A stretch of 64,000 nt of DNA, taken from assembly GCF_009914755.1 (NCBI RefSeq), contig NC_060936.1. One strand, given 5' to 3'. This DNA comes from the human T2T-CHM13v2.0 reference genome, Homo sapiens. Below, in pieces: positions 46,137 through 59,381 of the stretch. Made by a program: the position numbers and the translations under genes. The notes beneath the pieces are model-generated. The model searched no databases. It saw only the letters and a list, made by a program, of their open reading frames with translations, and had not been told where the DNA came from. Positions within the stretch are counted from its first letter, which is position 1, and every line of letters begins with the position of its first letter.

Positions 46137-46295
46137 GCTTGGGCTGACGACAAAGTTGTACATCCTGAACCCCAAAGCCGTGAGTGTCATAGAACTCTAC
46201 GGCATCCTGGACCCAACCACCCGAGACTGGACAGATGGGGTGTTGTCAAACATCTTCAGGGAAATCAACAAGCCAACAGACAAGAAGGAGCGAAA
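46137..46295 (+). CDS. DNAH10: DNAH10 exon 18: LGLTTKLYILNPKAVSVIELYGILDPTTRDWTDGVLSNIFRE...KKER
   Basis: atttag| ... AA|gtgagt; 159 nt; NPK..ELYG..DWTDG motif; absent from ORF track. Confidence 0.96.
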
Positions 46296-47565
46296 GTGAG
46301 TATCTTTGTAGGTAGGAAAGAGCCTGGGTTAGTTAATGTTAATTAGCTCAACATTAAAAACGGTGGCAGGACTATACATTGTAGCTTCATGCTTGGATTT
46401 CAACAGACTTAGAGTCCAGTCTTGGAGGCTGTGCTTCGGAAGTGCGCAGTCCAATCTTAGTGCTTTTTATGTGTGACCTCAGTTGTCTTAGTGATGCAAT
46501 GTGGTAGGTACCGGGATTGTTCCCAGCTTACCACAGAGGAAACTGAGGCCTAGAAAAGGTCAGAAATGTGGCCCAAGGCCAGGGATTTGGCCCTGATCTG
46601 TGTGACTCTAAGTTCTCAAACACAGCCGCCATCAAGCTGCCTGATCACCACGTTCTATGGCAAGGTAAGTCAAGGAAAGGTAGCAAAGGGCCATGGAAAG
46701 TGCAGGAATGCCCTCCTGAGCCACGGCTTTCCATCTGTAGACGTGGTTGATGGTGCCCTGATGACATCACCACATGCCATGGCAAAGGCCAAGTGAGGCC
46801 AAGTACAGAAATGCTCTGAGGGTGTGTAAGGTAAAAAGCTTTTAGTTGGTCCTATAATATCTCTTTGCTAAACTCAGGAATGGTTCTGATTTTATGTTCT
46901 AATCAAATCCCATTAATAATAAATAAAATCCTTAAATAACAAGAGTCCAAAGTCCCAACTCATGGCTTTTAAAACAGCTTCTTAGCGCTTTTCCCCTGAT
47001 TCTGGATGAACCCAGGATTCCACGCTGAATTCCGTTGTCTTGTTTTTGGCATTCTTTAATTTTGAGCAGTTCGTCAGGATTTCTTTATCTTTTATGACCT
47101 TCCTGTTCTGGAGGATTCCAGGCCAACCGTTTTAGAGAATGGTCTCGGTTTGGGTTTGTCCGCTGCTTCTTCATAATTAGATTCAGGCCATGGCTGTTTG
47201 ACAGGAAGGCTGCAGGAGTGATGCTGTGTCCTTCTCCGCATCTCATCACGGGCACATGGTGTTGGTTGCCCTATTATGGGTGGTGTTAATCTTGATTATT
47301 GGGTTAAGGTGCCATTTTCCTCTTTGCAGTTGATATGCAACTCTAGGGAGATAACTTATGACTAAGTAAATATCCCATTTCTCATCCAACCTTCACCCAT
47401 TCACCCAATGGTTTGGAGCATCTGTTGATGGTTACTTGAATCTGGTCATCCTCCTCCTCCTCCTCCTCCTTCTCCTTCTTCTTCTCCTCCTCCTCTTCCT
47501 CTTCTTGTTCTTCTTTCTTCTTTTCTTTTTTTTTGAGAGGGGTCGTGCTCTGTTGCCCAGGCTAA

Positions 47566-47697
<132 letters not shown>

Positions 47698-48519
47698 TAG
47701 AGACAGAGTCTCCCTGTACTGCCCAGGCTTGTCTTGAACTCCTGGGCCCAAGGAATCCTCCTGCCTCAGCCAACTACAGTGCTGAGATTACAGGTGTGAG
47801 CCACCATGCCTGGCCGTTGAGTCCTTTTATAGTGAATATAAATGGAGACTTTCTATAGGGACAACTGGTGAAATTTGAATGTGGACTATACATTAGATAA
47901 TAGTATTGTATCAATATTACATTTCCTGAGTTTGATAATTCTGCTGTGGTTGTGTAAGAGAAGGTGCTTATTCTTAGGAAATACTTGCTTAAGTATTTAG
48001 GGGAAGGGGGCATTTTATCTGCAATTGACTCTCAAATGATTCAGAGAGAGAGAATAAGAGAGAGTGCGAATGTGGCAAAAAAACGTAACAATTGGGGAAT
48101 CTGACTGAAAGGCATATGGGAGTTCTTCATACTGTTTTATTCTCATAACTCTGTAAGTTTGAAATTATTTAAAAATAAAAAGCTAAAAGGAAAAAAATAC
48201 AGGAAGGAAATAAACCAAAATGTTAATCCTGGAAAAAAAAGATCTAACTGCTTATATCAGTGAGTTAAATGGAGGCACTATCAAACCACCATTTCAGCAC
48301 AGTAGAATAGCCTCTGTCCTGTGGAGATGGGCTTTGCTGCATGAGATGTCACCCATTATAGCCACAAAATGGAACCATCCTGAAGCTTGAATACCTGAGG
48401 CCTTGGACGTAGACGTGCTGCCAGGACACATGGTGTGTAACCCAGGGCTTGTGAACTCAGATGCTCCCAGGGACCCAGCAGGTAGCACAAATGAGTGAAG
48501 TGGAGCAAATTACATGGTG

Positions 48520-48952
48520 GTGTTAGTTTCCTAGGGCTGCCATAACAAATAACTGGGTGGCTTGAAACAACAGAGATTTATTATCTCATAGTTCTGGAGG
48601 CCAAAAGTCTAAAAAGAGGTGTGAGCAGGACTGCACTCCCTCCGAAGGCTCTAGGGCAAATCCTCACCTCTTCTGCTTCTGGTGGTTCCAGGTGTTCCTT
48701 GGCTTGTGACCACATCATTTCAAACTTTGCCTCTTTCTTGGCCTTCCCCTCTGTGTGTCTTATGTCTCCTCCTGCTTTTCTCTTATAAGGACATTTGTCA
48801 TTAGATTAGGACTCATCTGTATAATCCAGAATGGTCACATCTTGAGATCCTTAATTGCGTTTGCAAAGGCCTTTCTCCAAACAAGGTCACAGTCACAGCT
48901 TCTGGGTGAACACATCTTTTGGTGGGGGGTGGGTACCATTCGACCCACTACA
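48520..48952 (-). mobile_element. MLT1 (MaLR) LTR
   Basis: gtttcctagggctgccataacaaa...catagttctggaggcc...tcttataaggaca. Confidence 0.8.
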
Positions 48953-49238
48953 CATGGACATCCAAAATACTTTCTTTATTCTTGACTGTACCACAGGAAA
49001 CCAGGGGTTAAAACCAGTGATAAATAGCAATTGATACTCAGCCTCAGATGTAAGAGAAGAATGAGGTAGGAGTTGTGGCAGGGGCAGGGACTATGACACT
49101 TTCTGTCTTCATGGGCAGCCACTACTCAGCATCAGCTGATTGTTCCCACGAAGGAATCCAGGTCTGTGTGCTCAGAACTTCCAGCTTGCCCAAGAAGTGA
49201 GAAATTCAGATTTTTGTGTGAAGTTCCCTCATTCTTAA

Positions 49239-49394
<156 letters not shown>

Positions 49395-49719
49395 TGAGTA
49401 GCTGGGATTACAGGCACACACCACTATGCCTGGCTAATTTTTTGTATTTTTAGTAGAGACGGGGTTTCACTATGTTGGCCAGACTGGTCTCGAACTCCTG
49501 ACCTCGCGATCCGCCCACCTTGGCCTCCCAAAGTGCTGGGATTACAGTTTTTTATGTACCATTTCAGTCAAACCTCTGGGCCAACTAGGGTGCTCTGTCT
49601 CAGATACTGGGTAGAAAACCCTGGGAAAAAGACATTCAACATGAATGGGCAGGTTATACCAAGTTCCATAATTGGAAGCTCTCTAGGACCCATGGCTCTC
49701 CTTTCTTTGGTTGCTGCAG

Positions 49720-49855
49720 GTATATTTTATTTGATGGTGATGTGGATGCTCTATGGGTGGAAAACATGAATTCTGTGATGGATGACAACAGGTTGTTGAC
49801 ATTGGCCAACGGGGAACGCATCCGGCTCCAAGCACACTGTGCCCTGCTCTTTGAG
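49720..49855 (+). CDS. DNAH10: DNAH10 exon 19: [36 protein letters not shown]...LLFE (AAA2 Walker B; GC donor)
   Basis: ctgcag| ... GAG|gcaagt; 136 nt. Confidence 0.95.
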
Positions 49856-51074
49856 GCAAGTAGTGATTAAAAGTAAATTTGAACATAAATCTTTCTTGTA
49901 ATTAAAAATGCAAATGTTTGTTAAAGTAGTAGTAAATGTAGATGATTATTTAAAAACAAACAATGCATAAGGGTTTATAATGAATACAACTCTTTGTTCT
50001 TTACTCCTCTCATCCCTCTTTATCCCAGAAGTGACTACTTTTACTTTTTATGAATTGTTTCTTCTGATGATTACCCTAGTGTCTATAAGTAACAGGCTTA
50101 GCATGATATTCTTCCTTTATACATTTTATAGTTTATACATTATCTGTTGACTGACTGCTACAAAAGTGAGAATTCATCTCTTATACCACTAACGTCAGAA
50201 TAGTATATTGCTAAGTTGGTTAACAGTAGATAATGTTTACATTATAATGAAGATAGAAATAATTTACTGAAGAACCAACTAATATACTACGATTACATTT
50301 ACTTTCTTTTAGAGCCATTTCCTTTGTCTAGAGTTTGTAATTGCCTTCCTTTTTTTCCCTCACACTATTTGCCTTTATTTTAATCTCATTTTTTTTTTAA
50401 ACTTTCTATCATATCAAGTATTCTGTCGAGCCCCTTTATTTCCTGGAGGCTATTCTCCAAAGCCCTCTATCTCTTAGGATATGGACTGCTCGTTTCATAG
50501 GTGTGGCCCTGGGACTTGCTTTCACTCTAGCTTAGTATTAATGCCATTTCTAACTGTAAAATTTGTCAGTGCATGAAATATTTGTACATATTATTATCTG
50601 ATTAGCTGACTGAACTATATTTTTTTTGTAGAGAGAGCTAGGTTTGTTAATATATCTGGTTTAGCTTTGTACTTATGAAGTTTTATACTGCCTGATCTCA
50701 ACTATGTTAAAAAAATAATAAAGAAAAAAGATTGACTGGAAAACACTCCAAAACAACATTTGTTTCTGGGTGGTGGGATTTGGATAACTTATTTTCTTCT
50801 TTATATTTTTCTATTTTTTGTCAGATATTCTACAACGTATTAATTTTCACATTAATTTTATAATAGAAAAACCAAAAAGATGTTACATCAGAAGTGTGTA
50901 ATCTTCTCATCAAAATCCCAGGTGTTCAGTTAAAAAGCTCATGGAAGCTGTGTTGATTTTGGTATTATTTGGATTTCATGCAGTTGTAAAAACTTTCCAT
51001 AAGAGAAGGTCCTTAAACATCTAGTTTATCTTGTGTATAGCTATAGCCATGATTGATTTTCTTTATTTATCCAG

Positions 51075-51197
51075 GTTGGAGATTTACAGTATGCCTCCCC
51101 TGCAACTGTCTCTCGATGTGGAATGGTTTATGTGGATCCTAAAAACTTGAAATATCGACCATACTGGAAAAAATGGGTTAATCAAATACCAAACAAG
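51075..51197 (+). CDS. DNAH10: DNAH10 exon 20: VGDLQYASPATVSRCGMVYVDP...NQIPNK
   Basis: atccag| ... AAG|gtgaaa; 123 nt; ASPATVSRCGM motif. Confidence 0.96.
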
Positions 51198-51304
51198 GTG
51201 AAATTTTTTTCTAAAATGAACTTAAATTTATTAGTATTGATGGCTAGTTGGATAACATAGTCCAGAGGGATGTTTGTAGTTGAAGGCGATGACTTTGTCC
51301 TTGA

Positions 51305-51657
<353 letters not shown>

Positions 51658-51735
51658 ACACACCGACACACTTATTTAATTTCAGATAGTTTATAGCCAG
51701 TGGGATAGGTAATGATTGGATTGGTTGGTCTAGAC

Positions 51736-51925
51736 CAGAGGTTGACAAACTTTTTCTGTAGAGGGGTAGATAGTAAATGTCTGAGGCTTTGTGTGGGCAA
51801 TATGATTTCTTTCACAGCTACTCAACTCTGCTGTTGTGGCATGAAAACAGCCAGAAATTTGTATACAAATGGGCATGGCTGTGTACCAATAAACCTTTAT
51901 TTACAAAACAGATGACAGGCCAGAG
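51736..51925. mobile_element. MER58A-like relic
   Basis: caaactttttctgta...ctactcaactctgctgttgt...ccaataaacctttatttacaaaa. Confidence 0.75.
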
Positions 51926-52590
51926 TGTGTGTTGTCTTAACAAAAGGCTTCTGTGAAAAGTGCAGAGATGGATGTGACAGTCACGTGCGGGTTGTGGCTC
52001 AACCACACCTAGGACGCTACGACCACCTTCTCAAAGGAACACAGGTGTTCTGGGTGTGTCTCTAGTAGGGCTACTAGGTTGGAGGTGAATGGAAACCAGG
52101 ACATAATTATGCCAGAAAAGAGCAGAACAAAGGAAGAACAAAGGAAGCATGACAGAACCATCTGAGGCACTGTCCTGTGGGAGACAGCTGTCTCAGGACC
52201 CTTGCAATCCCTGGTGGTGATTGGTGCTTTGATAGGGAGGGGACCTTCACTGCTTTACAGTCTTTTCTGGATGACTGTGGTCACTTGAACTCTAAGATGA
52301 TCAGCCTCTTTCCTGTCAAATGGGACCTGTTATCTTCCCTTTTTCTTCCCCAAGGGCATGGTAGACTCTGTGGCAGCGAAATGAAACACTTCATGATGAG
52401 ATGAAAGCATATTGCAGAGGACAAATCTCTCTGCAAATATAGGGCACTATTATCAGGATTTCCTCACCTGCCAAATGTATCATTCATCAGAAGATGTTGC
52501 TCAACCCTCTTTGGGCAAGAAAAGCTTTCCACTAACTTCCATTTAAATAAACAAACCCTTGAAATGCTTTGGAATGCTACTTTTTTATAG

Positions 52591-52725
52591 GTGGAGCAAT
52601 ACAATTTGAATAGTCTCTTTGAGAAGTATGTGCCCTATCTCATGGATGTGATAGTGGAAGGAATTGTGGATGGAAGACAAGCAGAAAAGCTGAAGACAAT
52701 AGTTCCTCAGACAGACCTCAATATG
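52591..52725 (+). CDS. DNAH10: DNAH10 exon 21: VEQYNLNSLFEKYVPYLMDVIVEG...VPQTDLNM
   Basis: ttttatag| ... ATG|gtaaga; 135 nt. Confidence 0.92.
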
Positions 52726-53026
52726 GTAAGAAATGATCCCTGCTGTTAGCAAAAAGAAATTCTTTCCTAAAGACAAGCTCACGGTAGGGTTTTAAAGGGA
52801 GTGAAGATGCCAGACAGGGTGAACAGTAGCATTGTTGGTCAGTGCCAAGGCGGGCGCCGTGCTTGCTTTTGTGCAAGTCAAGATACTGGGTTCCATCTGT
52901 CTGAACCAACATGTTGGGTCTTATGCTCCCATCGCTCTGGGACCTGGGATCCCAGGATTTATGACTGGAATGGACTCTGTGGGGGTGGACTATGTGGGCT
53001 GAACCAGATATTTTCCTGTGAACCAG

Positions 53027-53243
53027 GTAACCCAGTTAGCCAAGATGTTGGATGCGTTGCTAGAAGGAGAAATAGAAGACCTTGACCTGCTGGAGTGCTA
53101 CTTCCTGGAGGCTTTGTACTGCTCTCTGGGAGCCTCCCTGCTTGAGGATGGAAGGATGAAATTTGACGAATATATCAAACGCCTTGCTTCTTTGTCTACT
53201 GTTGACACAGAAGGAGTTTGGGCCAACCCTGGGGAACTGCCAG
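53027..53243 (+). CDS. DNAH10: DNAH10 exon 22: VTQLAKMLDALL...ALYCSLGASLLEDGRMKFDEYIK...PGELP
   Basis: aaccag| ... CAG|gtggga; 217 nt, ends phase 1. Confidence 0.92.
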
Positions 53244-55489
53244 GTGGGAACCGAGTGTCGCCTGTTTCCCTGCTCTGAGTGCCTTTGGTTAAATTTCTAG
53301 AGGAAGTGAATGAGCTTTTCCATATTTCTGTCTGTATGAGTTTTCCAGATTGTTTGCTTCTTTAGAGAAACATGCAATGGTCAGAGCACATGGCGGAACA
53401 CCCAGGAGCGGTTCACATGCATTGACTGCTGTGACAGAAGCCCAGGCCCTCTGGGTGGTCTTTCTGGATGAGAGTCAACTTCTCTTGCCTCAGCTTAGGC
53501 ACTTGCTTCCTTTGCTCTTTAAACTTTTCACATTCTGCATGACTTTGAGTTTCTTCTTCTGTGGGCTTCCCTATCTGTCTTTTTAATTTTTATTTTTAAC
53601 CATCTATCTCCATTTTCACCATATCATTCATCTGCTGTATTCCTGAGTATTTGCACAGTAGACAATCAAGTGTGGATTTGTAAATCGTTCATAGGAAATC
53701 ATACAATTAACATTTTATGTTTTTGCACAAAAATGTGCATCTTCAATGAATCATACATGATGAAAAAGATGCATTCTCCAAGGTCTATATGCAATGGTAG
53801 GACCCTTCTTTATCCATCTCTTATTGCTATTCGAGCATGGCTTGGAATGTAGATGGCTTTTGAAGTTGTATTTTATACTCCTTACCTGGTGGTCTTTTTA
53901 AAGTTTAAAATGAAATGGCCTCCGGTCTTTCTAATGGACAGTCATGGAGCAAATCAAAGATGTTTTTCAGGTCCCTGCTTTATTCGGTGGGAGTCTGAGT
54001 GCACTTTTCCAGAACTGAAATCTCCCTTTGGGGAGTGCTTTTCAGCTCCGCCAGCCACGCTGGCTGTGCGTTGCTGCCATCTGCAATTCCCTCACTCGGA
54101 GACAATGTTGGCCTGCTTCCCTGGCTTGTCTCCCTCATTTGCCCTCATCTTGGGGGCCTGAATGGCCCTGTGGGCATCCCATTTCCAGACACCTGCTCAC
54201 AGCTTCAGCCCTGCAGGCCCTCGAGCATACGCTTGACGGTGATCTCTGGCACTGTCATGTCTGCATCACAAATCCTGCTCTCCACCTACTCTGCCTCTGA
54301 GACTCGGGCCACATGTGTTTCTGTTTGGCCTCATGGGGATGGACACTGTGTCGCCCCAGTGTCTGCTGTTGCCTCGAGCACCCATACTTGCCCCTTCCCT
54401 GCATCCTCACTTCCTTGGCTGGTGGCCTTCACTTCAGCCACTCTTGCCTGAGACCTCCGCATGCCTTGCCTAATTGCTCTGCTGAATCCCTCCGAGAAAA
54501 CTCCAAGTCTGTCTTCTCTGCCTGTCTAAGGGCTGACAGGGAGAAGACCATGCAGCCACAAAGACAGATGTCTCCATAAATCCCAGTCCCCAGCTGGCAC
54601 ACTCACTCCTGGCTCCAAAGGAGCATTGGGCCTTTTCCCCAAATATCTACCCTGCCCTTTCCGCGCTCTCCGCAGCTGATCTTTCTCCCTGCTTCAACAG
54701 GAACAACGGAAGCTGTCTGATAGGAATCTCTCCTTCCAGCTGAAAAGCCTATAGCTCCTGTCTCTGACTTTCTCCTTTTACAGTGGAAGAGGCCACCCCC
54801 ACTGCACCCCAGCCAAGGCCAACCCAGCCCCTTCCTCCTTCTCAGGCTCCTCGCTCCATCTGAGTTTATCTCTCTCTCTCATGTTCAGTCTCCGCCTCTC
54901 TACCATCCTGTCAGCTCTTAGACATGCTCAAGTAAAGCCTTGCATGGCCTGAGCGGAGGCGATGGTGATTACTCGGGCACCTGCAGCTTCCATCTCTCCC
55001 CTGCCCCGCCTGGGTTGCTGCCTTCCCGCATTGTCCGTTGTTCCTGCCCCTCTCCTGCTGCAGCACTTATGGCTCCACACTGAAATGGCCACTTCTTGCC
55101 TGTATCTGTCCCCCACCTGGCCCTCGAACAACTGCAAGGGTAGGGACCAGGGCTCTCTGCTTCACTGTTGTATTCCCAGGGAAGTGTATGTCCAGTGAAA
55201 GGGAAGTGTTAGTTGAAAATACTCAGAAAGTGCCTGACAAGTGCACAAGTCACATTAGTGACTGTCCCGTGAACTAGAAGCATAAGCTCCAAATACTTGG
55301 CATCTGTCCAGTGATGAGTAGCATTAGTTCAAGGTACTCGGTATCTGTCCAGTGAAGGAGCAGCATTGAAGTACTCACTATGGCCTCCGTGCAGTACAAG
55401 CAACATTAGTTCATTTCAAGCATGTGCCAGAACTGCTTTTGTATTTCCGTGTTTATGATTCAAGTGAAATCAACCATGATTTCCTGCAG

Positions 55490-55609
55490 GTCAACTTCCA
55501 ACCTTGTATGACTTTCATTTTGATAACAAACGGAATCAATGGGTCCCATGGAGTAAATTAGTTCCAGAGTATATTCATGCCCCCGAGAGGAAATTCATCA
55601 ACATCCTGG
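55490..55609 (+). CDS. DNAH10: DNAH10 exon 23: GQLPTLYDFHFDNKRNQWVPWSKLVPEYIH...FINIL
   Basis: cctgcag| ... TGG|gtaagt; 120 nt, phase 1-1. Confidence 0.94.
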
Positions 55610-56580
55610 GTAAGTCAGAGTCAAATCCTTGTTCCTGGGTTTAGGAGTGTGTGATACTCGCTCTAGGAGGAGGCAAAGAAGATCCCATGGCTTCTCTGGT
55701 ACTCTAAGTCCCACGCAGAGAGCTGGTAGAGAAGAATTGAAGAGGGTGAGCTGTGGGCCCTCCTGGGCATGGAGGGTGGCCGCTTTGGTATTTTTGTCAG
55801 CTGCTGGCTCTGAGCATCTTCCGTGGCTCTGCCTCTCAGCTCTTTCCCCAGCAGGCCGATCCCCACAGGCAGATGAGATGCCGTTTCGCCTCCCCTGGCC
55901 TTTCCCTGGGCTCTCTTCAGTCCACAGAGCTGGCTGGGTGGGGACTAGACGGCAACGAACGAGGCAGTGTTTTATAAAGGGCGCTGGCTTGAAAAGCTGT
56001 GTGCCATGGGCGTTTACCTACTGAACCACACTTAGAATGCACCCCTCTGGCTGTTCAGATAAAATATAGGCTGGCTATTCAGGTAAAATATGGGCTGAAT
56101 AATTTCACAAAGCATGTGTCTGACTTTGGTCCATTGAGCTTACGGAGTGAGACATCCCTGTTTTCTCGGGAGCCCATCAGGGTTGAAACCTGCCAGTGCA
56201 AGAGGGAGCCAGACCCGATGCTGTGGCTTCACTGTCTCTTCGGAGGAAGGTGTTGCTCAGGAAGTTAAATCCCGCAGGGGTCTGAGTGATGTCAGCAACA
56301 AAGAAGCTGAGTTTTTGATATCCTGGCATAAGTCAGAATTGCATCTCAAAACCGGCTTGGGCGTTCTAACCCTGGACTGTGGTGATGGTCGCGCCGCTGC
56401 AGAACTGTGCCAAAGTCAATCAGTTATACACTTCAATGGGTGAATGTTTCTGAGGTCATGTCTTGGCCTTTGCTCCTGTTTTTTATGGGATTTGTGGGGT
56501 TCTAGGACAACTCCATGTTGCCCCCAGTGCTCACCCTATTGGAGTTGCTGAGATGCCCCTGTTCCTAATGTCTACTTTAG

Positions 56581-56726
56581 TTCACACAGTGGATACCACT
56601 CGGACTACCTGGATATTGGAACAAATGGTTAAAATTAAGCAACCTGTTATTTTTGTTGGTGAATCTGGCACTTCTAAGACAGCCACTACCCAGAATTTCC
56701 TCAAAAATCTGAGTGAAGAAACTAAC
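56581..56726 (+). CDS. DNAH10: DNAH10 exon 24: VHTVDTTRTTWILEQMVKIKQPVIFVGESGTSKTATT...EETN (AAA3 Walker A)
   Basis: actttag| ... AAC|gtaagt; 146 nt. Confidence 0.95.
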
Positions 56727-56744
56727 GTAAGTCATTATTCATAT

Positions 56745-57255
56745 GAATTATCTATTGCTGTGTAACAAATTATTCCAGTGCATAGCAGCTTCATACCACA
56801 AGCACTGTGATCTCACAGTTTCCGTGGGTCGAGAATGTGGGAGTGACTTACCTGGGAGCTTCTAGCTCAGGCTCTCATGGGATTGCAGTCAAGCTGTTGG
56901 CCAGGGCTGTAGATACCTGGAGGCCTGGGTAGAGCTGGAGGATCCTCATTTGAGATGACGTTTCACATGGCTGGAGGCTGGAGGCCTCAGTTCCTCACCA
57001 TGTGGCTCTCTCCATGGATGGCTTGGGTGTGCTCAACATGGTAGAGTGAGTGCTTAAGATAGATGGCAAAGCAGATGCTATGATGTCTTTTATGACCTGG
57101 CCTTGGAAGTCACATACCCTCCCTTCTGCCCTAATCTATGGGTGAGATAGAAGCCACCCTGTACACCCTGATATAGTGTGGGAGGGACCTGCACCAGGGC
57201 ATGGACACCTGGAGGTGAGTATGATCTGGGGCCCTTTTGGAGGCTGGCTGTCACA
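56745..57255 (-). mobile_element. Old MLT1 (MaLR) LTR starting ~20 nt after exon 24
   Basis: tctattgctgtgtaacaaatta...tctcacagtttccgtgggtc...ggaggcctcagttcctc. Confidence 0.7.
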
Positions 57256-58681
57256 TTATTCACCATCATTTTTGGGTTTCTAAAACTTTGCAAGTGTTTC
57301 CTTTCCTTCCTCCAGCCAGCTATGTGTCCAATGTGTCGGGGGTCGGATATGTACCTGGCATAGAATTCGCAGGGTGCACAGGACAAGTGATAGTGAACAA
57401 GCTGTCAAGATCTGTTCTGTAGGGATTTGCAGGCAGTGGGGGGATAAACATGGAGATGTGCACAGGGAGCATGGCAGTGTTTACAGCCAGAGGGACCTGC
57501 AGGTTTGTGGAGTCAGGCACTAGGAAGCCGCATTTGGGAGCCTCCTTCACAACACCCCTACCCCAGGACTCTGCAGCTGGTGCTCATCAGCCCAGCCAGG
57601 TACACCTGAACACAGTGGCTTTAGCAAGGTACACATTCAGCTTCAACACGTTCAGCTCATGTGCACCTGCACTTTGGGTGCCCTACGTGGAGAGAGTTAT
57701 GGAAGGCAGAGGTTCGTTCTCAAAGTGTGGTCCCCAGACCGGCAGCCTTGGCATCACTGGAAACTTGTTAAAAAAATACCCTAGACCACCAGGAATGGTG
57801 GTTTGTGCCTGGTAGTCCCAGCTACTCAAGAGACTGAGGAAGAAGGGTCACTTGAGGCTGGTAATTCAAGGCTGCAGTGAGCTATGATTGTGCACCACTG
57901 CACTCCAACCTGGGCAACAGAGCAAGACCCTGTCTCCTAAAAATAGCAAAACAAAAACACCCTGATCTACCAAATTGGAAACTCTGGGGAATGGAGCCCA
58001 GCAAGGTGTGTGGCACAAACCCTGCAGGTGGAGCTGATGCATAATTAGTTAAGTGTGAGAACCACTAATCAAGGAGCTCTCGCCAGCCTAAGCATGGCAG
58101 GAGGGCCTGAGGACACATGCATGAGCATCCAGGGGGCTTCCCTCACCCTTCCTGCCGGCAGTTAGTCCCAAAGCCTGAACCACTTGTTCATGCTCTCTTT
58201 GACCTATTTAGATACAGCCAGCATGATAGTGATTTATGTTTGAATATTGTCATATTGAAAATACTGTTGGATATTGCATCTCATACGATGCAATAGCTCT
58301 ATGAAGTAGTCCTAAGAGATGCCATTACGATCGTCTTACAAGTGAGAAAAACGAGGCTCTGAAAGGTTGAATGACTTTTTGGAAGTCGCCTTGCTAGAAC
58401 TGTGCAGAAACAAGACCCTCAGTCTACTTTCTTGTATGCCACATTGTCCCCAAGGCTCACATGCGACAATTCGCTATTGACTCATACAATCTGCTGAAAG
58501 GAAAGAGGAACTCTTACTTTAGCACTTAGAAAATAATGAAGCACAGTCTCACACTGGGTTATTAAAAAGTTAGTTCAGAGGCCAATGGATTTGCAAAATA
58601 GTTGCTAGCTTATTTGCAAATGTTTACTGCTGCTACCCTGGGGAAAAAGCTGGCTTTTCACATCATCTCTTTCTGCTTCAG

Positions 58682-58834
58682 ATTGTGTTAATGGTCAACT
58701 TCTCCTCCCGCACCACGTCCATGGATATCCAAAGAAATTTAGAAGCAAATGTGGAAAAGCGAACCAAAGATACTTACGGCCCACCCATGGGAAAACGCCT
58801 GCTGGTGTTCATGGATGACATGAATATGCCAAGG
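58682..58834 (+). CDS. DNAH10: DNAH10 exon 25: IVLMVNFSSRTTSMDIQRNLE...YGPPMGKRLLVFMDDMNMPR (AAA3 Walker B)
   Basis: cttcag| ... AGG|gtagtt; 153 nt; absent from ORF track. Confidence 0.95.
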
Positions 58835-59381
58835 GTAGTTTGACGCTCAAGCAGGTGGAGGGATGGGTCAAGACAGTGCTTGTGTTTGCATGGGTGTGTG
58901 TGTGTGTTAGAAGTGAGTATGAGAACATTGATCTTTACCTCTGTGCAATGTCTGCAGGGTACAGGCTGCGGGGAGCCAGCCTAAGGCAGAATGTACCTGG
59001 GATGCTCTTCTTACACAGAGGGACCTTTCCCTGACTGATCATGTTCCTTAGTTTCTTAGAGGAGGGAAGCAGGCAGCCAGCAGCCTTTGAACTAAATTCA
59101 GCATGTATTTGAGGAAGTGGTTTCCAAAGGAGCTCTTATTTAGATAATAATACTGTTGTTGGCCCCGTGTACATGGGAGGCATCAGGACAGACCCTTCCC
59201 AAGAATTCCGCTGGACTCTTCAAGGAAGAGAAACTTCAGCTGCATTATGAGTATGTTTCTGGGATCTGAGCCTGAGAAGTGCAAAGTTTTCTTGGCATAC
59301 TAGAATTTAAATTTATATTATTTCATTGAACCATTTTTTTCTGAAAGTCTATTTCCAGAAGGACTGTATGCAAAGCCAGAG

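Noticed and set aside
46775-46788. TGCCATGGCA palindrome as a possible RFX X-box in a ciliary gene
   Set aside because: It lacks the outer GT...AC bases of the X-box and is far from any promoter.
53853-54579. Cluster of overlapping ORFs up to 150 aa in the intron after exon 22
   Set aside because: No dynein or other homology is recognisable, exons 22 and 23 already join in frame, and the C/T-rich sequence looks like decayed repeat.
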